IMG/VR virus record: IMGVR_UViG_3300011335_000817
Location: 1 to 58,551 of that record
Length of the DNA stretch: 58,551 nucleotides
Source: a virus
Taxonomy: Duplodnaviria > Caudoviricetes
Direction: 5' to 3' (one strand)
Below are positions 1 to 10,134 of the stretch, piece by piece. Position 1 is the stretch's first letter, and every line of letters starts with the position of its first letter. The notes below the pieces were generated by a model. That model ran no database searches. It was not told where the DNA came from and saw nothing but the letters and a program-made list of their open reading frames with translations. A program made the position numbers and the translations under genes.

Positions 1-1
1 T

Positions 2-1501
2 GAACACCCAATACCAGGATTGTATCAGTGGGTTATTGATTTGGATTTTACATCACTGTATCCCTCTATCATTCGCTCGCTCAATATTGGTATTGAAACA
101 TTAGTAGGTCGTATTGTTAACTCAGGTAAATACGATAATCAATGGACATACGAAGAGCTACTTGATATGGATCAAGATAAAATGATTACTATTGAGAAGC
201 TAAATGAGAATTTCACTACATCTAGAACACAGGTTACAGTAGGTAAAATAGTAAAGATGATTGAATCCAATAAATGGATTACAGCAGCATCAGGTGCTAT
301 ATTCAGAACAGATAAATCATCAGTAGTGTGTGAAGTATTAACTGATTGGTTCAATAAACGTAAGCAGTATAAAAAACTAATGTCTGAAGCGTATAAGAAA
401 GGCGATATAGTATTAGGTGAATATTATAACAGATTACAACACGCTTATAAAATTAAATTGAATGATGTTTATGGCTGCTACGCTATTAATGGATGGCGCT
501 ATACAGACGGACATAAAATGATATCATCTGCTATTACGCTTACTGGTCAACGTGTAACACAAGAATCTATTAAATTCGTTAATAAGTGGATGAATAGCAA
601 ATTAAAAACAGATGATATTGACTATGTTGTAACATCAGATACCGATTCATTATTCATACAAGTAAAGGATCTATTGATTGCTAGAGGTATTGATTTGAAA
701 GATAGAGATGCATGTATCAAAGCAACATTAGAGGCAGCAACCGAAATACAAAAAGCAGCAAACACATTCATAGGGGAATTTGCAAAGAAATCATTTAATA
801 TACCAGGTGATCGTAATCATTATTTTGAATTGAAACAGGAAGTAGTAATTGAACGTAGTTACCACTCAGGTAAACGTCGCTACGCTATGCTTATTGTAAA
901 TAAGGAAGGTGTTGATACTGAAGAGATGATTATGATGGGTTTAGATTTAATGAAATCGAATATGCCTCCACTATACAAGAAATTCGGACAGAATCTACTG
1001 AAAGAAATAATGTCAGGTAAACCTAAAGCGGATGTAGACAGATCAATAGTAGAATTTAAGTCATCATTAGATAAGATGAATTGGAATGACTTAGCTAAAC
1101 CAACAGGCGTTAAACAAATCAATTCATATATTGCTAAACGCCCTGCACCAGGTGAAATATTTAGTGAATTTAAATTAAAAGCACCTGTCAATACTAAAGC
1201 AGCAGTAGTGTATAATGACCTACTCAAATTTAAACGATTAGACAAGAAATACACACTATTTACAGAAGGCGATAAGATGAAATATGTATCGCTGAAACCC
1301 AATCCATTCAATATTGACGTAATCGGTTTTAGAGGTATTGATGATCCTGAATTTATAGTTGAATTTATAGACAAATATGTAGATAGAGAAGATGCATTCA
1401 ATTCAGTATTATTAAATAAACTAACTGGTGTATATGAAGATATAGGATGGGACTTCCCAGTATTAAACGCAAAAATTAACAAATTCTTTAAATTTATGTA
1501 G
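2..1501 (+). CDS. Family B DNA polymerase, C-terminal (polymerase) part; 5' end lies outside the window
   Basis: Motif A DLDFTSLYPSII, motif B KIKLNDVYG, motif C SDTDS, KRRYA; frame is open from base 2. Confidence 0.95.
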   Translation, partial: EHPIPGLYQWVIDLDFTSLYPSIIRSLNIGIETLVGRIVNSGKYDNQWTYEELLDMDQDKMITIEKLNENFTTSRTQVTVGKIVKMIESNKWITAASGAIFRTDKSSVVCEVLTDWFNKRKQYKKLMSEAYKKGDIVLGEYYNRLQHAYKIKLNDVYGCYAINGWRYTDGHKMISSAITLTGQRVTQESIKFVNKWMNSKLKTDDIDYVVTSDTDSLFIQVKDLLIARGIDLKDRDACIKATLEAATEIQKAANTFIGEFAKKSFNIPGDRNHYFELKQEVVIERSYHSGKRRYAMLIVNKEGVDTEEMIMMGLDLMKSNMPPLYKKFGQNLLKEIMSGKPKADVDRSIVEFKSSLDKMNWNDLAKPTGVKQINSYIAKRPAPGEIFSEFKLKAPVNTKAAVVYNDLLKFKRLDKKYTLFTEGDKMKYVSLKPNPFNIDVIGFRGIDDPEFIVEFIDKYVDREDAFNSVLLNKLTGVYEDIGWDFPVLNAKINKFFKFM

Positions 1502-1503
1502 CT

Positions 1504-1737
1504 ATGATTCGTCGTCAATACCACCCAAATCAATTAAGAATAGACACAACAATTAAAATAATTGACGCGGATGGAGTGGAGACAATAGCGCCAGTAGTAG
1601 TAATAGTTGGACTATCTAAAGCAGATACTAAACAACAAACAAATATATTTAAAATAGCAAGTCGACTATTTAATAAAGAATTTATACTAGATAGACGCAA
1701 TTTAGTAACCAAAAAACCTTGGTGGAAATTGTGGTAA
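1504..1737 (+). CDS. Hypothetical protein with KKPWWKLW tail
   Basis: 77-aa ORF abutting the polymerase stop. Confidence 0.6.
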   Translation: MIRRQYHPNQLRIDTTIKIIDADGVETIAPVVVIVGLSKADTKQQTNIFKIASRLFNKEFILDRRNLVTKKPWWKLW

Positions 1738-1738
1738 A

Positions 1739-1770
1739 GCAAAATAAAAGTTATATATTTAAGTTATGAA
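1739..1770 (+). promoter_or_regulatory. Promoter-like element shared by the clamp and clamp-loader genes
   Basis: gcaaaataaaagttatatatttaagttatgaa is identical at 1739-1770 and 5045-5076; AGCA variant of the GGCA-N12-TAnnTTYA motif. Confidence 0.7.
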
Positions 1771-2491
1771 GAAACCATATTTACAAGACGTTATCGAAAA
1801 ATACCATTTAGGCGGTTTAGTTGAACGTGTTAAAATACAAATCACAGACAAAACACTAACCACTAAATTTATATCAGCACAGAAAAATCTAGTAGGTGTA
1901 TTAGAGGCACCAGGTATTACCTTACCTGATTGTGAATTCGGAGTATATGATACATCACAATTACTAAAGTTAATTGGTATTACCGATCACTTCCTAACAT
2001 TAGATGTTGAAGTGAATAAAGGTATAGCAAATAAACTATTGATTGCTGATAACGAATACAACCTAGAATATGCCTTAGCAGACACAATGCTAACACCATC
2101 AGTACCATCAATTGATGAACCAACATATCAAATGGTAGCTGATGTAGATGTAGAATTTATAGCTAAGTTCCTTAAAGCTAAAAAAGCATTAGGTACAGAT
2201 GTATTCATTATAGAGCAAGGTACAGATCATGAAGAAAAACAAGCAATGAAGTTTACCTTAGGTGGTGTAGATAAACACACTAACAAAGTTAACTTTACAC
2301 TACCGACAGCATTATCATCAGTACCAGGAGTACAGTTAAAATTCCCAATTGAGGAATTTGGTGAAATATTAGCAGCAAATAAGGAAATAGCAACAGGTGT
2401 ATTAAGTGTATCCGAAGATGGATTACTTAAAATCGAATTTACTAATGAAGAAGGAGTTAAAGTAACTTACCTGCTTGTTGGCAGGGAGTAG
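1766..2491 (+). CDS. DNA polymerase sliding clamp (T4 gp45/PCNA-like)
   Basis: 241 aa, FGVYDTSQLLKLI resembles gp45 FGIYDL..FL; located between polymerase and clamp loader. Confidence 0.75.
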   Translation: MKKPYLQDVIEKYHLGGLVERVKIQITDKTLTTKFISAQKNLVGVLEAPGITLPDCEFGVYDTSQLLKLIGITDHFLTLDVEVNKGIANKLLIADNEYNLEYALADTMLTPSVPSIDEPTYQMVADVDVEFIAKFLKAKKALGTDVFIIEQGTDHEEKQAMKFTLGGVDKHTNKVNFTLPTALSSVPGVQLKFPIEEFGEILAANKEIATGVLSVSEDGLLKIEFTNEEGVKVTYLLVGRE

Positions 2492-2528
2492 AATCCTCAT
2501 ATACGTATATACGAACAATATATTGACT

Positions 2529-2744
2529 ATGCCACCAATTACAACACCCGTTATTAGAACAAAAGCTAAACATAGTAGAAACGCCTATATGACTATTATG
2601 AATGATCAAGTACATTTTGATTGTTCCGATGGTGAATATGGCTCAATTACAGTAAGCTTAACTCAATTAGAAGAAGCAATTTTAGAACATAAAAATAAAT
2701 TAAAAAATGAAAATCAAACCATTACACAACCACGTCGTAATTAA
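2529..2744 (+). CDS. Hypothetical protein
   Basis: ORF track 2475..2744; first ATG at 2529. Confidence 0.55.
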   Translation: MPPITTPVIRTKAKHSRNAYMTIMNDQVHFDCSDGEYGSITVSLTQLEEAILEHKNKLKNENQTITQPRRN

Positions 2745-2997
2745 ACAACAAGACGAAACAGAGACAATGTATGGAAACATCATTGTGCCGGATGCCGGTA
2801 AAGAGAAACCGCTAATGGGAGAAGTTATAGCTTCAGGTCCCGGAGTAGTTAACATGAATGGAATAGTAATTCCAAACACAACAGAGGTAGGAGCTACCGT
2901 AATATTCCCATCATTTGGGGGACAACGTATCACCGTAGATGGTGAAGAATACATTGTATGTAAAGAACAAGATTTAATCGCAATTTTAGAAAACTAA
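2707..2997 (+). CDS. groES: Co-chaperonin GroES
   Basis: MKIKPLHNHVVIK, GNIIVPDAGKEKP..GEVIASGPG, EQDLIAIL. Confidence 0.96.
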   Translation: MKIKPLHNHVVIKQQDETETMYGNIIVPDAGKEKPLMGEVIASGPGVVNMNGIVIPNTTEVGATVIFPSFGGQRITVDGEEYIVCKEQDLIAILEN

Positions 2998-3004
2998 ACA
3001 AAAA

Positions 3005-4639
3005 ATGAGTAAAATAATCAGTTTTAACAGAGAAGCAAAAGAAAAATTAAAAGCAGGTATTGACAAGGTCAATAACGCAGTATCAGTAACAATGGGTCCG
3101 TTTGGACGTAATGTGTTAATTGAAAAAGAACACGGACAAGTAGCATCAACTAAGGATGGTGTTACAGTAGCTAAAACAGTAGTATTGGAAGATCCAATTG
3201 AAAACATGGCCGCTACAGTAATTAAACAAGCCGCAGAAAAAACAGTAGATGCAGCGGGTGATGGTACAACAACATCAACTGTTCTTGCACACTCAATTGC
3301 AACACAAGCACTTGAAGCAACATCGTATGCATCAACAAATGCAACGCAAATTAAAAAAGGAATTGAACAAGCAGTAAAAGTAGTAGTAGCAGAATTAAAA
3401 TCAATGTCTGTTCCTGTATCTGACGAAACGCAAATTAAACAAATTGCAACATTATCAGCTAATGGTGATGCTGAAATTGGTGAGTTGGTAGCTACAGCTA
3501 TTGAGAAAGTAGGTAGAGATGGAGTAGTAACAGTAGAAGAGTCACGTACTGGGGAAACTAGTTTAGAAGTAGTAGAGGGTATGCAATTCGATAGAGGTTA
3601 TAAGTCACCATATATGGTTACAGATAACAATACTATGACAGCAGTATTAGATAACCCATTAGTATTGATTGTAGATAGTAGAATCTCAACAGTAAAAGAA
3701 TTGTTACCTATTCTAGAATCAGTATCAACACAAAATAAATCATTGTTGGTTGTAGCTGAAGATATTGAGGGTGAAGCATTAGCAACACTTATCGTTAATA
3801 AAATGAGAGGTATCTTGAAAGTAGCTGCTGTTAAAGCACCTGACTTTGGAGAACGTAGAACATTGATTTTAGAAGATATCGCTACATTAACTGGTGGAAC
3901 AGTAGTATCACATCAAAAAGGTATGAAGCTAGACAAATTCAATAAAGATTGGTTTGGTGAAGCACGTACTATAACAGTAGGTAAAGATACAACTACAATC
4001 GTTGATGGTAAAGGTGATACAGTTGAAATTGGAGCACGCATTACTGAATTGAAAAACCAAATTGATAACTCAGTATCACCATACGAAATTGAGAAATTAC
4101 AAGAGCGTTTATCTAAAATGATTGGTGGAGTAGCTATCATTAATGTAGGTGGTGGAACTGAAATCGAAATGAAAGAGAAGAAAGATCGTTTGGATGATGC
4201 TTTACAAGCAACTAAAGCGGCTCTTGATGAAGGTATCTTACCAGGTGCTGGTGTAGCATTATTACATGCTCGCAAAGCATTAACTGCTGATTTAGAAAGA
4301 AAAGATGATATAGCTAAAGGTGCTGAAATAGTATTCCAAGCGTGTGCTAAACCATTTAAACAAATTCTTGAAAATGCAGGTGAAGATGCTACAGAATGGT
4401 GGATATTAATTAAAGACAATACTACTATAAAAGTAGTACCAGATATCACCAATGATACTGTAGTAGATGCTTACAAATCAGGTATCATCGATCCAACTAA
4501 AGTAGTACGTTCAGCACTTGAAAATGCAGCTGCCGCAGCAGTAACATTATTAATGACTGAATGTGTTATTCATGAAAAACCATCAGATAAGAAAAATGAT
4601 GGTGGAATGGGAATGGATATGATGGGAGGAATGATGTAA
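3005..4639 (+). CDS. groEL: Chaperonin GroEL
   Basis: TMGPFGRNV, TKDGVTVAK, AGDGTTT, EGMQFDRGYKSPY, GGM-rich tail. Confidence 0.98.
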   Translation: MSKIISFNREAKEKLKAGIDKVNNAVSVTMGPFGRNVLIEKEHGQVASTKDGVTVAKTVVLEDPIENMAATVIKQAAEKTVDAAGDGTTTSTVLAHSIATQALEATSYASTNATQIKKGIEQAVKVVVAELKSMSVPVSDETQIKQIATLSANGDAEIGELVATAIEKVGRDGVVTVEESRTGETSLEVVEGMQFDRGYKSPYMVTDNNTMTAVLDNPLVLIVDSRISTVKELLPILESVSTQNKSLLVVAEDIEGEALATLIVNKMRGILKVAAVKAPDFGERRTLILEDIATLTGGTVVSHQKGMKLDKFNKDWFGEARTITVGKDTTTIVDGKGDTVEIGARITELKNQIDNSVSPYEIEKLQERLSKMIGGVAIINVGGGTEIEMKEKKDRLDDALQATKAALDEGILPGAGVALLHARKALTADLERKDDIAKGAEIVFQACAKPFKQILENAGEDATEWWILIKDNTTIKVVPDITNDTVVDAYKSGIIDPTKVVRSALENAAAAAVTLLMTECVIHEKPSDKKNDGGMGMDMMGGMM

Positions 4640-4645
4640 TATTAA

Positions 4646-4665
4646 GGGCCCTCAATAGAGGGCCC
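4646..4665 (+). terminator. Hairpin after groEL
   Basis: gggccctc-aata-gagggccc; weak T tail. Confidence 0.55.
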
Positions 4666-4687
4666 ATATTTATATTAAATATAAACA

Positions 4688-5029
4688 ATGGCAGTATACA
4701 ACGCACCCTCACTATACGGAACCGGATCAGTTGGGGAAAATTTAACAGGAGGTGTATTAAAAACATTTACATTTGATAACCCATATGGTTCTTCTTATTT
4801 TACTTTAGAAACAGTAAGAAATCCAAATGGATTTTATGATGGTCAACCAACAAACTTTACAGGAAGTTGGAATGTATCCGCATCTATGGGATTAGTTCAA
4901 TCACCATATATTGCTTCTGTTGTTGTAAATCCTGGAGCATCATCATTTACATTTACCCCAGCAGCTACTGTAACAGGTACAACGTATCGCATAATGGGAA
5001 CAGGAGCATATACTCTTACAATTACTTAG
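4688..5029 (+). CDS. Hypothetical beta-rich protein, possibly virion-associated
   Basis: 113 aa, T/G/S rich, preceded by ATATTTAT. Confidence 0.6.
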   Translation: MAVYNAPSLYGTGSVGENLTGGVLKTFTFDNPYGSSYFTLETVRNPNGFYDGQPTNFTGSWNVSASMGLVQSPYIASVVVNPGASSFTFTPAATVTGTTYRIMGTGAYTLTIT

Positions 5030-5071
5030 AAAAGTAGTTGAAAGGCAAAATAAAAGTTATATATTTAAGTT

Positions 5072-5995
5072 ATGAAAAAACAACACACACTCTGGATAGA
5101 GAAATATCGATCACAAACACTCGAGCAATACATCGGAAATGATGCGGTCAAAAGCCGCATCTCCGGTTGTATTGAATCAAACGATATTCCTCACTTTATA
5201 TTCTCCGGTACAGCAGGTACTGGTAAGACAACATTAGCTAAACTAATTGTAAACAATATTAAATGCGACTACATTTATTTAAATGCTAGTGATGAAAATG
5301 GTATTGATATGATTAGAGAAAAGGTAAAGGGATTTGCATCCTCTGCTACATTTAATCCTATTAAAGTAGTAATATTAGATGAGTCTGATTTCTTAACTCA
5401 ACCAGCACAAGCAGCACTCCGTAATATTATTGAAGAATACTCAATCAATACACGTTTTATCTTAACATGTAACTATATTGAGCGTTTAATTGAACCATTA
5501 ACATCACGTTGTGAGATTCATATATTAAAACCACCATCAATGCCTGATGTAGCTAGACACGTTTGTAAAAACATATTAGATGTTGAAGACGTTACTTATG
5601 ATATTAAGAATGTAGCTATGTTAATTAAGGAATACTATCCTGATATTAGATCAGTTATTAAATATCTACAAGCAGGTACTAAGGATGGTAAATACGAGTG
5701 GATAGCATTAAATACTGATTGGTTATCTAGCGTTATAGAAACGTTAAAAGCGCGTGACAAAAAAGCTTGGTATACTATTCGCCAAATAGTAGCTGACGCT
5801 CAAGTCGATGATTTTCAAGTTGCTTATCGCTATATGTTTGATAATTTAGATAAATTCAGTTATGGACACGATGCTGAAATATCAGTTATATTAGATGATT
5901 TCATTTGGAGATCAGGTGTAGTACCAGATAAAGAAATTAACTTTGCAGCAGCAATAGCAAAAATATTAGAAACAAATAAAAAACAAATATTATAA
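5072..5995 (+). CDS. Clamp loader AAA+ subunit (RFC small/T4 gp44-like)
   Basis: WIEKYR, GTAGTGKTT, LNASDENG, LDESD, QAALR, SRC. Confidence 0.95.
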   Translation: MKKQHTLWIEKYRSQTLEQYIGNDAVKSRISGCIESNDIPHFIFSGTAGTGKTTLAKLIVNNIKCDYIYLNASDENGIDMIREKVKGFASSATFNPIKVVILDESDFLTQPAQAALRNIIEEYSINTRFILTCNYIERLIEPLTSRCEIHILKPPSMPDVARHVCKNILDVEDVTYDIKNVAMLIKEYYPDIRSVIKYLQAGTKDGKYEWIALNTDWLSSVIETLKARDKKAWYTIRQIVADAQVDDFQVAYRYMFDNLDKFSYGHDAEISVILDDFIWRSGVVPDKEINFAAAIAKILETNKKQIL

Positions 5996-6255
5996 TGGAA
6001 CAATTTAATGAACAAGAACAACAACTAAGAATTGATTTAAAATCAACAATTCCAGTACTATGTGAATGTGGTAATAATACCTTTCAAGAAGTATCTATGA
6101 TTCGTAAAGTATCTCGCTTCTCACATCCTGGTTTACCAGCAGATCAATTTCTTCCTATTACATTAATGACTTGTATTAAATGTGGAGAAATACATAAAGA
6201 ATCACTTCCCCCAATGATTAAAGCATTATTAGAAAATGAAACAGAAAATAATTAA
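5995..6255 (+). CDS. Small zinc-binding protein
   Basis: CECG ... CIKCG. Confidence 0.6.
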   Translation: MEQFNEQEQQLRIDLKSTIPVLCECGNNTFQEVSMIRKVSRFSHPGLPADQFLPITLMTCIKCGEIHKESLPPMIKALLENETENN

Positions 6256-6283
6256 TATTTTTAAAAAAATAAAAAACACAATA

Positions 6284-6523
6284 ATGAAAAAAGAAGAAAT
6301 AGAACAACAACTTGCTGACGCAATAGCCGTAGCACAAAGATTAGGAGCTGAAAATAAGCAACTAAGACAAGCAAATGATGATTTAACTGCAGCTAATAAT
6401 AAGTTAGCAGAAGAATTTAATGGTGCTGTTGAACGTGTTCGATTTTTAGCAGATCAACTTAAAATGAAAGAAGCACAACAAACCGCATCAGAAAGATTTA
6501 ACGATAACGATAGAAATTACTAA
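6284..6523 (+). CDS. Hypothetical coiled-coil protein
   Basis: Heptad-like A/E/Q/L-rich sequence; ATG at 6284 avoids overlap. Confidence 0.6.
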   Translation: MKKEEIEQQLADAIAVAQRLGAENKQLRQANDDLTAANNKLAEEFNGAVERVRFLADQLKMKEAQQTASERFNDNDRNY

Positions 6524-6903
6524 TGAATATATTCGATCATATTAAAAATATCACAACTACAAAGGGTCCATACCTAGGTGACGAGGGCTGGAATAACTGG
6601 ATGGTCAATCGCTATCTAAGTATGGATCAAGAGTATTGTGAAGTAGTAAATTATGTCCAAAAGAACACTTGGCAAATGAAAGGTGAGTACCTATACAACC
6701 TGTATAAGGATCTCATTCCACAACAATACAAGTATCTTAAGTATATTAAAGCTACTAAGAAAAAAGACTATAAGATCGAAGATGTAGAAGCGGTACAATC
6801 ATATTTTGAAATTAGCAAGAAAGAAGCTAAGGAATATATTGATATGATCGATAAAACGGAATTAGAAACTATTAAACAACAGATCAATGGCATTTACAAT
6901 TAA
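6523..6903 (+). CDS. Clamp loader second subunit (T4 gp62-like)
   Basis: WMVNRYLSM...VNYVQ...LYKDLIP..YKYLKYIK pattern; close to the gp44-like gene. Confidence 0.7.
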   Translation: MNIFDHIKNITTTKGPYLGDEGWNNWMVNRYLSMDQEYCEVVNYVQKNTWQMKGEYLYNLYKDLIPQQYKYLKYIKATKKKDYKIEDVEAVQSYFEISKKEAKEYIDMIDKTELETIKQQINGIYN

Positions 6904-7144
6904 ATTTATACTAGTAACAGTAGCAATGTTCTTAACAGACGTATGCTGGACTATGTATTTTGTAGAAACAGAAAAGCGCAGATCAATCCCAGCAGGAATA
7001 TGGGGATCAGCTATCTTATTATTTGGTTCTGTAGTAACAATCAATTATGTTGATGATCATAGGCTATTAGCAGCCGCTATTATAGGTTCATTCCTAGGAG
7101 TAGTAACTACAATTGAATATAAAAAACGTAAAGAAAATAAATAA
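6887..7144 (+). CDS. Small membrane protein
   Basis: Three hydrophobic segments, basic tail. Confidence 0.6.
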   Translation: MAFTIKFILVTVAMFLTDVCWTMYFVETEKRRSIPAGIWGSAILLFGSVVTINYVDDHRLLAAAIIGSFLGVVTTIEYKKRKENK

Positions 7145-7506
7145 TGGGGTATATTAACGATGCAAAATCATTTAAAGAATATATGAAACATATAGATAGA
7201 ATAACTATGGATGGATTTAAAATAAAAAAGACTGATGATTATTATCCCGTTAAAGATGAAATAACTAAAGAGGTAATAATGGATCTAGCTTCACGTGCTA
7301 AACGTGGAGTGGAAAAATACAATACCACATTAGGTGAAAATAATCATCAAAATATGCTTCAACATGCCTATGAAGAAGCATTAGACATGGCTCAGTATCT
7401 TAAAAAAGAAATTACAACATTAAACACAATTCAAGATCTAGTTAAACAATACTCTAATGATATGGAGTTAGGTAAAGTAATAAGAGCAAAATATGGCCAA
7501 AAGTAA
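7144..7506 (+). CDS. Hypothetical protein, possibly all-alpha NTP pyrophosphohydrolase-like
   Basis: RAKRGVEKYNTTL...LQHAYEEALDMAQY (EExxD). Confidence 0.45.
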   Translation: MGYINDAKSFKEYMKHIDRITMDGFKIKKTDDYYPVKDEITKEVIMDLASRAKRGVEKYNTTLGENNHQNMLQHAYEEALDMAQYLKKEITTLNTIQDLVKQYSNDMELGKVIRAKYGQK

Positions 7507-8434
7507 ACTATCAGAAATTGAATTACGAATTAAAAACCACACGCCTCCCGAAATAAACTATTCCTTTCAGCGGTCTGTATCTTACTCCCAATATTCAATA
7601 TATGCTAATTGCCCTCACCAATGGTACTTATCATATGTTGAAAATAAAAACCCATACCAAGCAACAATACATACTGTGTTTGGAACTGCGTTTCATGAAA
7701 CACTACAGAAATATATTGAAGTAATGTATAATGAGAGTGGAGCAGCCGCTGATAGAATGGATTTAGAAGAATTATTCACAGAACGCTTTAGAGCTATATA
7801 CTCAGAAGAGTATGAAAAAACTAAAGAACACTTTACTAACGCTCAGGAAATGAGAGAATTCTTTGATGATGGAGTAGCAATACTAAAATGGATTAAAACT
7901 AGACGAAATAAATTATTTACTACTCGTAAAGTAAAATTATTAGGAATAGAATTACCTTTATTAGTTGGTTTAAATAAAAACATATATTTAAAAGGTTATA
8001 TTGACTTCATTTTATACGATGAAGAATCACAAAAAGTTTACATTTATGATATCAAAACCTCGACGCGTGGATGGAGCGAAAGAGAAAAGAAGGACGATAA
8101 TAAACTCGCTCAAATCCTCCTTTATAAAGAGTATTTCGGAAGGCAATTTGGATTCGACGTTGATAGAATCGAAGTTGAATACTTTATTGTCAAAAGGAAA
8201 ATCTGGGAAAAATCTGAATTCCCAATCCCAAGGGTTCAATCCTTTAAGCCCGCTAGCGGAAAAACCAAAAGACGACAAGCAGTAGAAAAAATAGAAAATT
8301 TCATTAAAGACTGTTTTGATGAAAGTGGAAAACCACAAATAAAGTCATATCTTAAACAAGTAGGAGAAGATAGTTGCAAATGGTGTCCTTATGCAGACAA
8401 ACCAGAACTCTGTAATAAAACTGCAGTTTCCTGA
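7493..8434 (+). CDS. PD-(D/E)XK nuclease (RecB/Cas4-like)
   Basis: SYSQ..C, GTAFHE, GYIDFI, YDIKTS, QILLY, CKWC..C. Confidence 0.85.
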   Translation: MAKSKLSEIELRIKNHTPPEINYSFQRSVSYSQYSIYANCPHQWYLSYVENKNPYQATIHTVFGTAFHETLQKYIEVMYNESGAAADRMDLEELFTERFRAIYSEEYEKTKEHFTNAQEMREFFDDGVAILKWIKTRRNKLFTTRKVKLLGIELPLLVGLNKNIYLKGYIDFILYDEESQKVYIYDIKTSTRGWSEREKKDDNKLAQILLYKEYFGRQFGFDVDRIEVEYFIVKRKIWEKSEFPIPRVQSFKPASGKTKRRQAVEKIENFIKDCFDESGKPQIKSYLKQVGEDSCKWCPYADKPELCNKTAVS

Positions 8435-8466
8435 TAGTCGGATATATTTATATCAAAATATATATT

Positions 8467-8658
8467 ATGGCAAAAATGCAATTAACATCCGTAAAGATCC
8501 CTGAAGATCTATTCGAACAATTTAAAATTGCGTGTGTTAGGTACAAGTTCAGCGTTCAAAAATTAACAGAAAGATCAATGTTCCTATACTTAACAGACGA
8601 AGAATACAGAAAAAATATTCACAACACTTTAGACACACAATTTACAGGAAGTATTTAA
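8467..8658 (+). CDS. Small ribbon-helix-helix-like DNA-binding protein
   Basis: LTSVKIPEDLFEQFK strand-helix pattern; heads the glycan island. Confidence 0.5.
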   Translation: MAKMQLTSVKIPEDLFEQFKIACVRYKFSVQKLTERSMFLYLTDEEYRKNIHNTLDTQFTGSI

Positions 8659-8668
8659 AATTAGTTAC

Positions 8669-10129
8669 ATGAAAGAAGGTTACATTCCCCAAGCACAACG
8701 TAAAAAAATCCTATTACTATGTGATGACATTAGAATGACATCAGGTATCTCTACAATGGCTAGAGAAATTGTATTAGGTACAGCACACCACTATAATTGG
8801 GTAAATTTAGGTGGAGCTATTAACCACCCAGACCAAGGTAAACGCTTTGATCTTAATGGTGATACAAATCAACATGCTGGTATAGATGATGCCAATGTAA
8901 TGTTGTATCCAATTAATGGATATGGTGATCCAATGTTATTAAAACAAATAATTCAAATGGAAAAACCAGATGCAATTATGATGTTTACTGATCCAAGATA
9001 TTGGGTTTGGTTATTTCAAATGGAACATGAGATTAGAAAGGAAATGCCTATCATTTATCTTAATATTTGGGATGATTTACCTTATCCAATGTATAATAAA
9101 TCATTCTATGAATCATGTGATACATTACTAGCAATCAGTAAACAAACAGAAAACATTAATCATTGTGTATTAGGCGCTGAATTGTCAGCTGAAAAAACAA
9201 TTAAATATGTTCCACACGGTATTAATGAGAAATTCTTCTTCCCTATTACCGCATATCATCCTGAATACCTTTCACTACAAGAATTTAAAAAACAATTATA
9301 TAATGGAAAAGAGTACGATTTTACTTTATTATATAATGCGCGTAACATCCGTCGTAAATGCGTTTCTGATTTAATGTTAGCATGGAAAATATTTGTTGAT
9401 GAATTACCAGAAGATAAAGCAAAGAAAACAGCGTTAGTATTACATACACAAGTAGCAGATGAAAATGGAACTGATTTAGAAGCAGTAAGACAAATGTTAT
9501 TTGGTAATGAAGAGAAATATAACATTATATTTAACGATCAAAAGTATCCATCAAATGTAATGAATTTACTTTATAACGCTACTGATGGGTGTGCTTTAAT
9601 CAGCTCAAACGAAGGATGGGGGCTATCATTAACTGAAGCAATGATTTGTGGAAAACCAATTATAGCAACAGTAACAGGTGGTATGCAAGATCAAATGCGC
9701 TTTGAAGACGAAGATGGTAATTGGATTAAATTCACTGAAGAATTCGGATCAAACCATAGAGGTAAATATAAAAAACATGGCAAATGGGCCTACCCCGTAT
9801 TCCCAAGCAACATATCAATTGTAGGTTCAATTCCAACACCATATATCTATGATGACAGAGCAGAACCATTCGATATTGCAGCTCAAATATCTAAATTACA
9901 TTATCATAAAACAGAATGTCCTGATTTATATAAAGAACAATGTGAAGCTGCCCATAAATGGGTTATGTCAGACGAATCAATGATGACAGCAAAACATATG
10001 TCTGATAATATTATTGAAGGTATTGATGCTACTTTTGCTAAGTGGACTCCTCGTCATAGATTCGAATTAATTCAAGTAGAAACACCTAAACAACCAAAAC
10101 ATTACGTAAAACACTCAATCGCAAAATAA
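8669..10129 (+). CDS. GT-B glycosyltransferase (GT4-like)
   Basis: SGISTMAREI, VPHGI, RNIRRK, EGWGLSLTEAMICGKPIIA. Confidence 0.88.
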   Translation: MKEGYIPQAQRKKILLLCDDIRMTSGISTMAREIVLGTAHHYNWVNLGGAINHPDQGKRFDLNGDTNQHAGIDDANVMLYPINGYGDPMLLKQIIQMEKPDAIMMFTDPRYWVWLFQMEHEIRKEMPIIYLNIWDDLPYPMYNKSFYESCDTLLAISKQTENINHCVLGAELSAEKTIKYVPHGINEKFFFPITAYHPEYLSLQEFKKQLYNGKEYDFTLLYNARNIRRKCVSDLMLAWKIFVDELPEDKAKKTALVLHTQVADENGTDLEAVRQMLFGNEEKYNIIFNDQKYPSNVMNLLYNATDGCALISSNEGWGLSLTEAMICGKPIIATVTGGMQDQMRFEDEDGNWIKFTEEFGSNHRGKYKKHGKWAYPVFPSNISIVGSIPTPYIYDDRAEPFDIAAQISKLHYHKTECPDLYKEQCEAAHKWVMSDESMMTAKHMSDNIIEGIDATFAKWTPRHRFELIQVETPKQPKHYVKHSIAK

Positions 10130-10134
10130 GTTAT

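Noticed and set aside
880-4452. Long minus-strand ORFs (880..1533, 3913..4452) and similar ones elsewhere
   Set aside because: Antisense shadows of conserved + strand genes with no recognisable motifs
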